From contig JAHDYR010000037.1 of NCBI GenBank assembly GCA_019828565.1, forward strand, positions 62,001-126,000: a stretch of DNA of 64,000 nucleotides, read 5' to 3'. A program made the position numbers and the translations under genes. Below, piece by piece: positions 11,454 through 23,608 of the stretch. Source of the stretch: Carpediemonas membranifera BICM (lineage: Eukaryota; Protista; Fornicata). Under the pieces are notes generated by a model. The model was not told the origin of the DNA. It saw only the letters and a program-made list of their open reading frames with translations, and did no database searches. Numbering within the stretch: position 1 is the first letter of the stretch; each line of letters opens with the position of its first letter.

Positions 11454-12456
11454 TTATTCACTCTTGCCTTGAGTCATGCGCGCAGTGTGGAAGCGCTTAC
11501 GGGCGGGGTTGGACTTGGTCTTCCGCTTGCGGGGCTGCGGCTTGACCTGCAGTATTTTGAACTGCTCCACCTTTCGAGCGAGGTAGTGAGGGTCATCTAT
11601 GGCGAGACTCTTGAAGCGAGCAATCGGGTGCTCCTCTTCATCGGCCTCAAAGTAGGTCTCGCCATAATCGATGCGCAAGAACTCGCCGCGAACGATGTTG
11701 GCAGTGGCCCTGACCGATATCACTGGCAGGCCATCCACCAAGACGTCCACGAACTCACAGTTGACATCGTCAGGGCTGTGGTTAATCAGGTGGACACCCG
11801 CTGCGGCCGACATGGCATCGACGGCGACCTGACTGTCAGCGAATGACATGCTGTGTAATGGTAATGGAATATGCGAAACAAACACCATCTGGCCGTTGTT
11901 GCTGGCCGTCTCAGCATCGGGAATCAGCTTCCCGAAGTATATGCCGAGACATGTGCCAGCTGAGATATCCTCAGTGGCAATCATGCCTCGGCCGACGCTC
12001 TGCGTCCGATTGAGGGCCGGATGGTCGGGCTCCTGGGTCAGACGGGGGTCGCAACGGGTCTCGGATGAGATCCAGGCCGGAGCAGGAATGGCCTGAAGGC
12101 TTATCTCATCCGAAATCAGCCGCTTGACGTCCTGCAGGTCTGAACCCGGGTAAACATGCGTCCACCTAGGGTGGACGTGCATGACGGACCCCTCGACGGA
12201 GTCCTCCTCGGCTTCAGACGAGCTGGATGAATGGGAAGGCGACTCGGGAGGCGGAGGAGGAGGAGAATCTTGCTCCTTACCATCCTCGGGCGACTCGGGA
12301 GGCGGAGGAGGAGGTGATGCTGCCGTTACAGTCGTTTCCGCAGGACGTTGATCCTGCGGAGAAGCAGATGACTCAAAAGTCTTGTTGGGTGGATTTTGAG
12401 TCCTTCTCTTACCTACCGGTTGCTGCTTCCCTTGCGGGCATCTTTCTTCTCGCCAT
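11454..12456 (-). CDS. SET-domain lysine methyltransferase (intron 11851-11883)
   Basis: GRGMIATEDISAGTCLGIYFG, LINHSPDDVNCEF, IVRGEFLRIDYG; Pro/Ser-rich N-terminus starting MARRK. Confidence 0.9.
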
Positions 12457-12578
12457 ATCTTCGTTCTCTTTTTTTCTCGCAACTCCCGATCCGAAGAACA
12501 GGCGCATCGCTGATCAGATCCGAACAATACTGCAGTAGCATGCATAAATAGTGTAGCAATGAAGGTATACCTCTTTAC

Positions 12579-13652
12579 TTGGATCAAAAGCTTGTCCTTT
12601 GCTTCAAATCAAAATGTGCCATTCATGAAAAAAATGGCACATTGCAAATGGACGAGAAATACGGAGAATTCGGCACGCGACGCATCAGTAAGGACCAAGA
12701 AGTCTTTGAATGTGTCTGTGGTAAGGTTCAGCTCAGGCGTGGACATCGCGGGATCGGTTTCAAGTCTTCTTCCTCTCACGAGTGTCCTTTTACAACAGAG
12801 AAGTTGATTAACCGACGGGTGCTAATCACCATCGAGCCGCTGCATGGTTTCGAGACCCCGACTCAGCCCTACCCCGTCTTCCGCGTGGAAAGTCTTGCCA
12901 ACTCATCTGGCTATCATTTCAAGCTCAAGACGGCTCTAGAGCTCGTTGATGATGAGTGGCTGACTGCCGTTGCCCGCACCTTTAAGTCTACGTCCCATCT
13001 GGCCGAGGTACTTGAGGAGTTGGCGTCGCAGTACTCTAACTTCGACACTTACTGGGTGATATCGGGTCATTCTGATACAGAAACGTCGCGTATGATCATT
13101 GATACGTCTACGAACGAGTTTCTGTATCACCATGATCTGGTCCAGCTCATCCTCAGGTCATTCGAGAGCCCTTCCTTGGTGAGATCGACGCGTGTGCGTC
13201 AGATTTACTTTGCCACCTGCTCCGGACTCGACAGATCTGAGGAGTCTCAGCTGTGCAGTGCTATTTCGACAGCCAAGTACAAGAACACATGCATTATCCT
13301 CACTCCTGAGAAGGTTCTGGCGCATGAGCTTGTTCTCCAGGACGCCTATTGGCTCTACCGCGTGACATGCCTCGACAATCCTCTTTTCTTTCTGACGAAG
13401 TACTTCTCTGGCTATCGTTTCGCGCCTGGCTCAGCAGGAAGACGGATTATAGCCAATGGTTCCTTGTCATTTCCCAACGAGGCCAGGGTCATCATGTCTG
13501 AGACTAGCTATGCCCGGCCCATTCCTCTTCCTGAAATGCAAGACATCGTTTCTGATGTCAACGAGTATGACCCGTTAAGAACCGACCAGAGAAGACTTAT
13601 GAATGATCGATACATAAGCATGATGACCCGTGCGCTTGAGAGAGACGTGTAG
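12579..13652 (+). CDS. Putative clan CD (caspase/metacaspase-like) cysteine protease with N-terminal Cys motif
   Basis: WVISGHS...IYFATCSG His/Cys after hydrophobic strands, conserved in the B paralog (WVVSGHS...IYFATCTG). Real start probably MDEKYG. Confidence 0.6.
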   Translation: MDQKLVLCFKSKCAIHEKNGTLQMDEKYGEFGTRRISKDQEVFECVCGKVQLRRGHRGIGFKSSSSHECPFTTEKLINRRVLITIEPLHGFETPTQPYPVFRVESLANSSGYHFKLKTALELVDDEWLTAVARTFKSTSHLAEVLEELASQYSNFDTYWVISGHSDTETSRMIIDTSTNEFLYHHDLVQLILRSFESPSLVRSTRVRQIYFATCSGLDRSEESQLCSAISTAKYKNTCIILTPEKVLAHELVLQDAYWLYRVTCLDNPLFFLTKYFSGYRFAPGSAGRRIIANGSLSFPNEARVIMSETSYARPIPLPEMQDIVSDVNEYDPLRTDQRRLMNDRYISMMTRALERDV

Positions 13653-13695
13653 TAAACAGATATATATACAATTTATGATCATCTCTCACTAAACA

Positions 13696-14920
13696 CTAAA
13701 CAATCGGTCTCATGCCCTCTACTCGCTTATAGACAACCTTACATTTGCTGCAGAGGGGAACGATGTACAACTTGCCATCAATGGTGTACTGCACTTCCTC
13801 AGAGCAATGCTCACAGTACCACCAGTGACAGCCTCGGCAGCAAAGAAGAGTAGAAGCCTGTTCTTCTGCTTTCTTCGTGTTCTTGGATCTTAGGCCCTTT
13901 TTGCACGCCTGGCACTTGTTGCTAGAGCCGGTAATATAGCACGCGGGACAGTAGTCCTTCTTGCCCTTCGTCCTGACACATTGCTCGTGCAGGAAACCTT
14001 TGCAAGCACAGCATCTCCTGAACGTAGTGCCGTCTGGATTGAAGAACCACTCGGGGGTACCACACACAAGACATCCAAACAGCATTTTGCGCTGATGAAG
14101 GCTAAGGAAAGTCGTCTTACATGTCTCGGGTTCGGTAGGCGGGTCTCTCACACGGGTCTCTGAGACAACGTCGTTGATCAGGACCTTAATACGGTCAACA
14201 ACAGCATCGGACACGTTGTTAGACACCTGCTGCAGATCGTCGTCACCAAGCCTGGGTCGCTTGGCTTCCTCGTCGTCAAAGACGATCTTCTTCCGAACCG
14301 GCACCGATCGATCTGTCGTTGACTGAGGTGTGTCTGCTTCATCACCAACACCAAGTGAAGACAGTTGCGTAGTCGACCGTATCGGTGGGATCTCTGCCTT
14401 GATCATCGTAGTCGGGGTCGATTTGACCGTTGCCTTTTTGCTTGACAGGCTTATATCTCACCCGGTTGATCACAGGCAAGTTCTCAAGGCTGATTGAGTC
14501 GGAAACATCGTTCAGTCCAGCATCTGAGAGAACTTCTGAGAGCATCTGGCGGAACTCGGCATGGCAGGGCTGACTACGGACAGCAATGTGCTGCATGACA
14601 GAGCCATTGTACTCCGCAGAGGGTCTAACTGCTGTTATAAACGTAGTAACGCCGACAACAGTCGTCCGCCTGACCTGTTCCCGGAGTTCAATTGACTTGA
14701 ACCCAGGGCATTCGGCGGCGACCCTGCGCTGGACCTCCAGAAGTACCTTATGGATGTCGCGTGCACTCAAGCCGAGGTCAGTTGCCTCGTCGTCCTCAAA
14801 TACTGAAGAAACAACGGCTGTAACAAATGAACGACGGAGATTTGCGAGCTTACTGTTGCCATACTGTCTGATGGGGGGCGTAGCAGCAATAGGTTCTGGT
14901 ACAGACACTTCTGAATTCAT
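13696..14920 (-). CDS. PHD-finger protein with a second Cys-rich finger (frameshift near 14430)
   Basis: CLVC..CCAC....H..C..CPAC (C4HC3), then CQAC..CRGC..CEHC..CSKC. ORFs 14342-14920 plus 13696-14406 correspond to the single B ORF 30534-31754. Confidence 0.85.
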
Positions 14921-15006
14921 GAGAATTTCTATCCAAGCTGTTTACGTTGTTACATTTGTCTATTTACGTAGACTCCTGGCATTGACAATACCTAAAACTG
15001 CGACAT

Positions 15007-15231
15007 TTGTCGATCATGATTCGAGCAACTAGCCACCAAAAGGTAGAAACGGTAACGTCAGGGCTCGTGGAAGTTGCCAAAGTACAAGATTCTTACAAAA
15101 TAATCCGAAAAACTGCTCAGGGCTTGCGAAAGGAAGAAGAAATCAACAAAAGGGTGAATGACACAGAGTTTCTGCTGCAAGAGATACGCGATTTGTTTAT
15201 AGATGCCATACAGACGATGAGGGACAAGTAA
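15007..15231 (+). CDS. Small conserved ~70-aa helical protein
   Basis: Homolog at the syntenic position in B, 30284-30511 (EVAKVQDS/EVGKIQDS; NDTEFLLQEIRDLFID/NDTQHVLEEIGDMFID). Confidence 0.75.
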   Translation: MSIMIRATSHQKVETVTSGLVEVAKVQDSYKIIRKTAQGLRKEEEINKRVNDTEFLLQEIRDLFIDAIQTMRDK

Positions 15232-15333
15232 AAATGACATTCACTAGCTTTGCTTCTCATTTCACATATTCTTGTGAAATATGTGAAATGTGAAACAGAT
15301 TCTAGTGAATCTCATTTTTTCTTGCACTTTTTG

Positions 15334-15383
15334 GAGTATCTCCAGGGTATCTCCCGGGAGACTCTAGCCATTCTTACAGTATG
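15334..15383 (-). repeat. TIR of A1
   Basis: Reverse complement of 4042-4091 with 1 mismatch. Confidence 0.97.
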
Positions 15384-16402
15384 CCATCAAACCATAGGAG
15401 CATCTCAAGACCATAAGCCTCCTGTCGGCTCTCCGGGTTAATAGTGACGGATTGAACGAACTTGCTTGACTTGATATCGCGCTGAACTCGGTCGGGGAAC
15501 TTCAGCATGAACTTAATCTGGGCGACAGGGTCATAGGACAGAGCGCTGATCACCATCCGGTGAGATTTCTTTGTTCCACGCGGAATGATGCCCATGTTCC
15601 GGCATAATCTCTGAATCTCCGGCAGCTTGGATGGATCATCATGCGAAATGTATAGCCGTGACTCCCCCGATATCTTCTCGAAGTGGTGAGCGAAGAGGCA
15701 GTCGTGTTCATCGAGAGTCTCTTGCAGGTCGGTGTGGGTGGTTGGGTCATATAGGACGTAAAAAGCCTCCGCGACTTCCACGCTACGCGTGAAACCGGCT
15801 CCTGCTTGACATTGAAGCTCTTGGTTAGACACCCCATCACGCCCAGAGACATCGGGCTGCTCAGGAGTGAACGCGTTGACGTCCTCGATCAGTGTTGGGT
15901 CTGATATAACAGATCGTATGGCTGGGATGGACAGCAGGTCATACCCAAGATTCTGGAGACTGTCTACCACCGGTGGAGTGTGAATTCCAAGGCGAACTCC
16001 CATGTCGGAGGCCATTGAAACAAATGCATGGCGGAGTCGGTCGTAGCGATTCTTCCCTAACTCGACGGCACAGATAATTGCCATGGCCGTGTATAGGCTC
16101 TTCGTCTTCGCCTCGTTGTCGACTCGCGTAACAGTCACATGAGCAGTGCTGTGATTCCTCATCAATGCGCTCCAATCAGCATTAACGACTGCACTACGTA
16201 ACGTAGCATCACTATGTGTCACCCTCAGTGGACATGACGTCAGGAAATCTCGGAGAATGCGCAAGCACTGCTCCTTGCTGTCTAAACGAAACGATTTGTC
16301 GCGGTTTCGGAGCAGAAACTCGTCTAAGACAGCGGTGATGATAGATCCAAGAGAACTGTCCGCCCCATAGGTGATGACGACTTCCCAGTTCTCGAAACGC
16401 AT
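15384..16402 (-). CDS. Transposase of element C, 5' part
   Basis: Ends LEMLLWFDG. Joined to 4039 it reads LLWFDGYRADCTAVKYRI, which aligns without gaps to A's LLWLDGWKGGSAAFKLRI. Confidence 0.82.
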
Positions 16403-16680
16403 TGCTTCAATAGCAATAGGACAAATTTACAAAGTAAATACACAAATGTGCTGATGTAGGGCATGGTGGCGGATCTGGCGCTGGTGGCGGACGTGGAGAC
16501 ACTGGGGGTGCTCCACAACCACGTCCACTGCAAGGGTGACTCATGTAGAGTCGCCCGAAAAGCAGAAAGCATGCGGACAACACAATAGAGGATGATTCAG
16601 AGATCGAGACAAGTGGTAAGAGGGTGAGGACTGAGTAAATGGATTGCAAATGAGTCTTTTTAATGTCTCACCACCTGTTT

Positions 16681-17225
16681 GGGCCTCAGCGCTGTCGTTC
16701 AGGCCAATCCACGTTTGTGGATCCGTGCAGTTTATGGCTTATCGACCGGACATCTCCTGAACTGAGCGCCAGGGGGGCGGAGGTGGCGTTGGCGTGGGGC
16801 GTGGAGGCGCTGGGGGCGGAGGTGGCGTTGGCGTGGGGCGTGGAGGCGCTGGGGGCGGAGGTGGCGTTGGCGTGGGGCGTGGAGGCGCTGGGGGCGGGGG
16901 TGGCGTTGATATTGGGCAATTACATAAAGTGCACGGTGCTTGGAATTTCATTCCAACCTCAAAATGGCGGGAAAGCATTATTGGAAGGAACTAGTGGCAG
17001 CTATGCGGTTCTTTATACTGCAAAAGCAACCAGCTGTCGTCAAAAGCGCGCCATCTACCATCAATAACCAACATCTGCGTTGCACTCCACTGTTCTCGGT
17101 CGTTAATGCACAAAATCACTAAACAACATCAAAAGGACTGTTCATACGTTATTAAACATTGCTTGCTACTTCTGTTTCATCTTATTGTCGTTTACAGCTG
17201 TGTTGTCCTCAACAAATGCCAAGAC
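16681..17225 (+). repeat. Intergenic module R copy 1, with 39-bp G-rich tandem repeat (3+ units)
   Basis: Near-identical copies at 22975-23518, 53590-54007, 55355-55821 and 57312-57684; unit GGGGGCGGAGGTGGCGTTGGCGTGGGGCGTGGAGGCGCT. Confidence 0.95.
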
Positions 17226-17361
17226 AGATCAACGAGGCGTTCGCGGCTTCCCGTTGAAGACTTGCCATTGCCAGAGAGAGTGCCATGCCTGGCACGTCTC
17301 TCTTCTTGTCTGCCGCGTGAAGGAATCGACCAGGCTGGATTCATGTGCAGCTTATGCAGCA

Positions 17362-18434
17362 ATGGACACTCTGGAGTCAGAACTGCATTTGCAGCAGCTT
17401 ATTGCTGCTATTGAGCTTACTTGTGGCCCTGTCCCATCAGAAAGAAACAACAGACAGGCCCGAAAGATCGCCGCGGTCATTTCTGGTGAGTTTGACAGAG
17501 CATTCGACCGTTTCTTGCGCGATCTCTTCGCCGACAGCCCGTCTATCATGAAGAGCTAGATCTCCTGGCGGAGATTCCCCAAGAGCCCATTGAAGATGTG
17601 CCTGTCGCGGTAGGAGAAACCGCCAAGCCTGCATCCAAGCTTCAGCCCAAGACCACCAAGTCTGCGAAGAAGAAGGTGCAGACAAAGAAGCTGAGACAGC
17701 TGGCGCCGCGACGCGCTGGTACGCCTGCCCCGACACAACAGCAGGTCATCGTACCACTCAAGAACCTCAGCCGCCAGGAAGAGACAAGCCTTGAAACGTG
17801 GATTCGCAGCGTGCCGAAAAACTCTGCCATTACCATCGATATCTCTGGGATGGATGGTTTCAACGCCAGTGAGTCGACCCTTCACGAGCTGGAACACTCA
17901 TTCCAGGAGAACAACGTCCGAGTTATTCGGGCCTGGATTGCTTACCAGCTTTGTCTCTACGACTGTTTGTCAAGCCAGAAGATTAAGTATAACGAAAACG
18001 TGGCCCCCAGCGACGCCCTGCTCTCAGTGGCTCTTCAGCAGCAGAGGATCTTTGTCCAGGCGAACAAGCAAGGTGCACTTTCCACACGCCTTAACATAAC
18101 GAAGACCCCCTTCTACAACAACGTTGTGGAGCGTCTGAAACTGATGGGTGAGACAGAAAGCATGATGTCAAAGTTTCACAACATCATTGGTGTCATCATC
18201 ATCCACTTCGCCGACTTCACTTCCTTGCTGAAGAACCGAATGATCCCGAAGGATAACGATACAGTCAGGGGCTTGAGCACCCTCATTGTTCACAGTCATC
18301 TGTGCATGGTTTACTCAACGGCGAAAGATATCCGTCCTGAGATCTACAATGCTCTGACGACAAGCAGTACATTCCCGCCAGACCTTATGGCGTTTGCAAG
18401 AATGGCATTTGGTCTCGGACAAAAGGTGAGGTGA
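17362..18434 (+). pseudogene. 3'-truncated copy of unknown gene X (full copy at 54050-55218)
   Basis: Identical to the right-arm copy up to 18423, then fused to an unrelated duplicated block. Confidence 0.75.
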
Positions 18435-20673
18435 GAGGAGAAGTTGCCGCCCGTCACGAGGAAAAGATGCCGAAGGTTGGCTACGCTAGAGTTGATTGAT
18501 GACGTCGAGTCACTTGCAAAACGAGTCTAGCGATGGGTGGTGAGCTAGGTGCGAGAGCTATGGAGAGGGCTCCTGGCCCAGTTAAGACTTGTCAGCCGGC
18601 ACCATAAGGGAAGAGCGCTCGTGGAGGGACGTACTGTCGACCGACCCGACGTTTGAACCTGATCTGGGGCTCAGTGTCGAAGCTGGTCTGGTCAAGAGAC
18701 ATGTTGTCAAGCCTTCGCAAGAGTGAAGCTCGGGTCTTGGGCACGGATGTAGCGCGCGGCCAAGAGCTGAAGGGGCGCGAGGAACCGGGGCGTATTGTCG
18801 CCAGCGTGCAGCTGTCTGTGTTGCGATGTCACCCAGTTGTTGCGCGATAGATGACCCGGCTGGACCCGCGCGGTGTAGACTCGGCTCATGAAGAGCGCTA
18901 CTGGGAGTCGTACGCGACAGAGGTCAGTGGGCGCGGTCGGCTGATGTATGCCGAGGCTGCTGATTTCACGGATGGTCGCCGGGACCGTAACCCGAGGTAA
19001 AAGCAAGCCAGTGATAATAGAGAAGGAACGTGCGGACTGTCCAAGAGCAGGCGGTTGACTGCCGCGTGTCGTCGAGACACATGAGCGTACAGTGTATAGA
19101 TGCTGCCAAGATATAGGAGCGCTATGTCGCACATGTATGTTCTAAGGAAGCCGCTGAGGCCGCCGTAAGGTTGCTGTGTCCGCGGATAGCCGTTCAGACT
19201 ATTGCTCCACGGGGTACAACGGTGGGGTGTCCTGATGTAAGGAGCAGAGGAGTACCGAATGTGTCATGGTGGTTGCACCCAGCCGTACAGGCTGCTGAAA
19301 GTTGAGCTTGGTACTCTGAGGATGTATAGGCAGGAGCTGTCCTGACGTCGAGTCAGTGTCGTGACGTCCTAGCCTTTGTGAACGTTGGGTGAAGTTATAG
19401 AGGCGGATCTGCGACGAGCAGGCCTCAAAACCCAGTCGTTCGTGTGAAATTGTGGCCTGGATATGGAGATATGGAAAATATCTCGACAGATATGATAGAT
19501 CTGGAAGTTCGAGCATGTATGTTGTGACGCTGGGCTATCCCGGCTTACTCTGGAGAAAAGATATAAAAAGGCGAATCTAGATGCCGATGAATCTAGTTGG
19601 CGGAGATATAGTGCCGATCAGTCATAAAGAGTGGGTGTGCCCGAACGCTGCTGGGACTGGAGCGTCCGTGGGGCCCATGAATAACTTGAGGGTCAATTGA
19701 ATGACTCACTCAGATGAGACCTCTAACCCATGGTCAGGGTCGCGGGCGTGGACGTGAACCAGTTGGTGAAGCCGCAGCTTGATCGTCTGGCTCGGTAATG
19801 GTGGAATAACTCGTCGAAGGCGAAAAGTAGAAATTACCGTGCGTGTGGAGTAGCGGAGCGCGGAAGACGGAAGAAAGCGCTGAGGAATGCACGAACTAAT
19901 TAAATGGAACCCGAATTGCGCAGGTATTCGCTAAGGGATACTGGCTGAAGGGAAAAAGACTGAAGAAGTCTATCTTTGAGGAAACCGAGCTGGAAAATAG
20001 CTCCAAGGAGACAGAACTTGCTTCTGTAATGCTCCCAAAGCGTCGCTGCATACTTATTGGCAATCGTAGGGAAGTATCAGCAATTGTAGGTGCGGCGCTA
20101 GGTGCTCTGACCTAAAACTGCGGAAAAGTAGACACGGTCCGACAGTCAAGGAGTGGGTCGTATGAGGTGTGTGCTACCGCATTGCTGACGAATTTCGGTC
20201 GGATGGACCGGTCTCCGAGGTGAATGTGGCGTGGAAGCCTTGGCCGTTGATTCTCAGGATGTAGCCATGGAAGACTTGCCTCTGTAAGCCTAGACTAGTG
20301 TGTGCGGCCATTCTGATGATGATGGTATGAGGACTTAGTGGTTCGGAGACGATACGGACTCGTTGTGCAACAAGGAATTCTGAACAGCTGCTTCTGCCGA
20401 ATTACAGTAGCATCGTTGATGCTAGCCCAATAGGCCTTGTCAGTTACCTACAACGAGGCATCTAGTTGTGTTCAAGTTGCAATTGGACACTTCTAGACGG
20501 GAAATTTCCGCAAACGCAATTAGAACGGCAGATACGTGTGATTTCCTATCCAAATTCCGTAAGAAAGCTCTACGTCAGTTGTTAACCCCTGAACACGCGC
20601 GCTTAGGAGTAATATTACTGTGGTGAACGTAGGATTCACAGGGGAGCTGAACTGATTTATAAACTGCACTGAC

Positions 20674-21624
20674 TTGATCACTACAGGTGTGTTCCTCAAG
20701 GACTTCGGCGAGATCAACCTATCAAGGCTGCAGGACAACCTGCAGGCAGCATCAGGTACCACTAGCACTGTGGTATGGCAGCCTCCGGTTTCGCGCTACA
20801 TCAGCATCCCCTTCCAGACCTATTCGAAGAAGAAGGACAAGAGGGCTCGGAAACAGTCTCAACCCGCCCCTCAGTCGGTCGTAACTGTTCGTGACAATCT
20901 GGCCAGTGAACACAGACAGCGGGAAGCAGCGCACATCGACCAAGTCGCTTCCCAATTTTCCACATGTGTGGCGCAGGCAACGGCACTTATCCAGACAGGA
21001 ATGAACCGGCGCCACGCACTCGACAACTTCACTTATCAGCAGCTACGAAACTCATTGCGCATGTGTTGTGGGGTCTGTCACGATCCGATGAATCTGCTGC
21101 TGAAGATTGAGGACGACAACTCCCTGCAGTGCCAACAATGCGAGAGGTACTTCCATTATAGCTGTGTCAGTGGCTACTTGGAGGAGCGAATGGCATACCC
21201 GGCATCTAACAGGGCCGATAAGCAGAAGATATCCATCTGCGATGACTGTAAGGCAATCAATGGTAACGACGAGTGCTTTCATCGTACACCTCCAACCGAG
21301 ACCACCCAAGCAGCGGACTGTGGTAGAAGTATTAAGGATGGACCCAGCATGCTCTGCTACTTTTGTTCCAACTGGTTCTGTCCGGATCATATCGCGGACA
21401 CCGTTTTTGACACTGGAACTGACATGTTGAAGCGTCCTTCTCGTCGTGTTCCGGTGTGCGTGAATTGCTTTCCTCGCATTCAGAGAGGCCAGCGACAGTT
21501 CAACGGTGAGTATACCAACGCTGCCCGCGCTATTACAGAGCCATTGACACTCGCGGATGACGAGGCTCGTGATGATGTCAGTATCCGCGAGGAGGTGAGT
21601 GATGAGGAGGATGACCAAGAGTGA
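20674..21624 (+). CDS. PHD-finger protein of element C (5'-truncated copy)
   Basis: CGVC..CQQC...FH.SC..CDDC plus a second Cys/His finger; same architecture as the A/B PHD proteins. Confidence 0.8.
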   Translation: MITTGVFLKDFGEINLSRLQDNLQAASGTTSTVVWQPPVSRYISIPFQTYSKKKDKRARKQSQPAPQSVVTVRDNLASEHRQREAAHIDQVASQFSTCVAQATALIQTGMNRRHALDNFTYQQLRNSLRMCCGVCHDPMNLLLKIEDDNSLQCQQCERYFHYSCVSGYLEERMAYPASNRADKQKISICDDCKAINGNDECFHRTPPTETTQAADCGRSIKDGPSMLCYFCSNWFCPDHIADTVFDTGTDMLKRPSRRVPVCVNCFPRIQRGQRQFNGEYTNAARAITEPLTLADDEARDDVSIREEVSDEEDDQE

Positions 21625-21938
21625 TAAGTGGAATAAAATGAACGAATGACTGATGCGGCACATTCTGTTTACGCTATACGACGATTTTAGAGAGCGCCAG
21701 AGAGGTGCTGCAGGGAGAGAGCTTGTGCTTGCGTATCCTGAGGGATGCGGGATGGGAGGGGCCGACGTAATTGGCCAATCCACGTTTGTGGATCACCTGG
21801 TGTCGTCCATACCGGGCGTCTCTCCGCCACAGGCTGTGTTGCTGCGCATGGAAAGCAGTGTTAACTGTGTTCTATTGCACGATAGCACGGGGTTATTGAC
21901 TGATGCGGCACCTACCTTAAATTGCTCGTCATCCACAG

Positions 21939-22952
21939 TTGTGGATGGACCGATATCGCGCTAAGCATCGCCAAGCACCTCTCAAAGGGCAATCATCCGC
22001 TCGACAAGATCATCACCTGTTCATTTCACCATGGAACGATGAGCAGCTCCGCATCCTTGGCGATAATGCGCGAGTTCTTCAGCTGCTCGCCATGATGGTC
22101 CCTTGGATGCGGAAGATCTTGGCCTCGCCTGCATTTAACCCCGGGTGCAAGCCCAATAGCACCGAGAAGGACCTCCTCGGCAAAGAGCTCGAACAGGACG
22201 TGGATTCATCAAGAATCCTTCGTGAGATGTCCAATCGAGCGGCGTACAACAAAGCCCATGCCAGGATCATTCGTGATCTCGTTGAGTACCGGAACCGCGC
22301 AGCTCACAATGAGCTTGAGCCCGACACCCTGCCCAAGGTCCTGGAGCTGGTCGAGAGCTTGGCCCAGGCCTTCTCGGTTCCATTGCACGATAACGTCAGG
22401 GCGTTCATCGCGCTGCTTAAGTCGCCAGTGTCGCTCGTTGCGACAAGTGAACATCATGCTCTGACGAAGAAGGTCAGCATTCTTGAGGATGAGATTGAGA
22501 GGCTGCGTAGCGGCGGCCGTAAGACCATGCTCAGGCTGCCAGGTGTCAGGTCTCAGCCGGAGCCCACCACTTTGGAGCAGGCAACGATGACGACTTCGGA
22601 CGTCGGAGACCTGGATGAGCCGAGGCCCAGGCCCGAAGACACGGGCAAGACGCGCGGTACGCTCATGTCCCGCACACTGACTGCTAGCCAGGTGGACCAG
22701 CTAGCTATGGCCAGAACGCATGACCCCCCGCTTGTCCTGTCAGGACGTTGCATCGTGTGCGGGGGCTCATGCGAGACCTCAGAGTGGGCTTGCCGTCGTA
22801 CCTCAACGACGACACCCAAAGATCCTTGCCGAACGTTGATTCGGAAGGTTAGGACTGGGAATACTCGCGACGTCTCTGTCTACCTCACAGATGAGGCATT
22901 TGAGTGGGTCAAACGTCGCGATCAGACAGGCAAGAGAGCGAGACAGGAATAA
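21939..22952 (+). CDS. Swt1-like HEPN domain protein with coiled coil and C-terminal CxxC region
   Basis: DSSRILREM...DLVEYRNRAAHNE (Rx4H HEPN motif), then RCIVCG. Confidence 0.7.
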   Translation: MWMDRYRAKHRQAPLKGQSSARQDHHLFISPWNDEQLRILGDNARVLQLLAMMVPWMRKILASPAFNPGCKPNSTEKDLLGKELEQDVDSSRILREMSNRAAYNKAHARIIRDLVEYRNRAAHNELEPDTLPKVLELVESLAQAFSVPLHDNVRAFIALLKSPVSLVATSEHHALTKKVSILEDEIERLRSGGRKTMLRLPGVRSQPEPTTLEQATMTTSDVGDLDEPRPRPEDTGKTRGTLMSRTLTASQVDQLAMARTHDPPLVLSGRCIVCGGSCETSEWACRRTSTTTPKDPCRTLIRKVRTGNTRDVSVYLTDEAFEWVKRRDQTGKRARQE

Positions 22953-22974
22953 ATGAATGTATATGTGCATGTCT

Positions 22975-23518
22975 GGGCCTCAGCGCTGTCGTTCAGGCCA
23001 ATCCACGTTTGTGGATCCGTGCAGTTTATGGCTTATCGACCGGACATCTCCTGAACTGAGCGCCAGGGGGCGGAGGTGGCGTTGGCGTGGGGCGTGGAGG
23101 CGCTGGGGGCGGAGGTGGCGTTGGCGTGGGGCGTGGAGGCGCTGGGGGCGGAGGTGGCGTTGGCGTGGGGCGTGGAGGCGCTGGGGGCGGGGGTGGCGTT
23201 GATATTGGGCAATTACATAAAGTGCACGGTGCTTGGAATTTCATTCCAACCTCAAAATGGCGGGAAAGCATTATTGGAAGGAACTAGTGGCAGCTATGCG
23301 GTTCTTTATACTGCAAAAGCAACCAGCTGTCGTCAAAAGCGCGCCATCTACCATCAATAACCAACATCTGCGTTGCACTCCACTGTTCTCGGTCGTTAAT
23401 GCACAAAATCACTAAACAACATCAAAAGGACTGTTCATACGTTATTAAACATTGCTTGCTACTTCTGTTTCATCTTATTGTCGTTTACAGCTGTGTTGTC
23501 CTCAACAAATGCCAAGAC
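22975..23518 (+). repeat. Intergenic module R copy 2
   Basis: Matches 16681-17225. Confidence 0.95.
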
Positions 23519-23608
23519 GGAGGCAACGCTGTCCGGGCCATCTGTGTCCATGACACTCACGCCTGTTCTCATTTCACAGATGAAAGACAGCCGAACACAT
23601 CAAACCAT

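Larger units (their letters stand above)
4042..15383 (+). mobile_element. DNA transposon A, copy 1 (11,342 bp), 50-bp TIRs, CC target duplication
   Basis: TIRs at 4042-4091 and 15334-15383 (1 mismatch); CC at 4040-4041 and 15384-15385. Removing it restores the interrupted ORF in frame. Near-identical inverted copy at 33955-45298. Confidence 0.96.
18425..23424 (+). repeat. 5-kb block duplicated in inverted orientation at 57312-62234
   Basis: ORFs 20674-21624 and 21939-22952 match 59035-59985 and 57707-58720 (one aa difference each); the non-coding part also matches. Confidence 0.95.

Noticed and set aside
4042-15383. AT target duplication within a CATG target (ends ACTG...CAGT)
   Set aside because: Also in frame, but all three insertions have matching dinucleotides outside CAT/ATG, and only the 2-bp external TSD model gives a gapless alignment to the paralogs.
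16772-16908. 39-bp repeats as a CRISPR array or a Gly/Pro-rich protein
   Set aside because: Head-to-tail units without spacers, no cas genes, and frame not conserved between copies.
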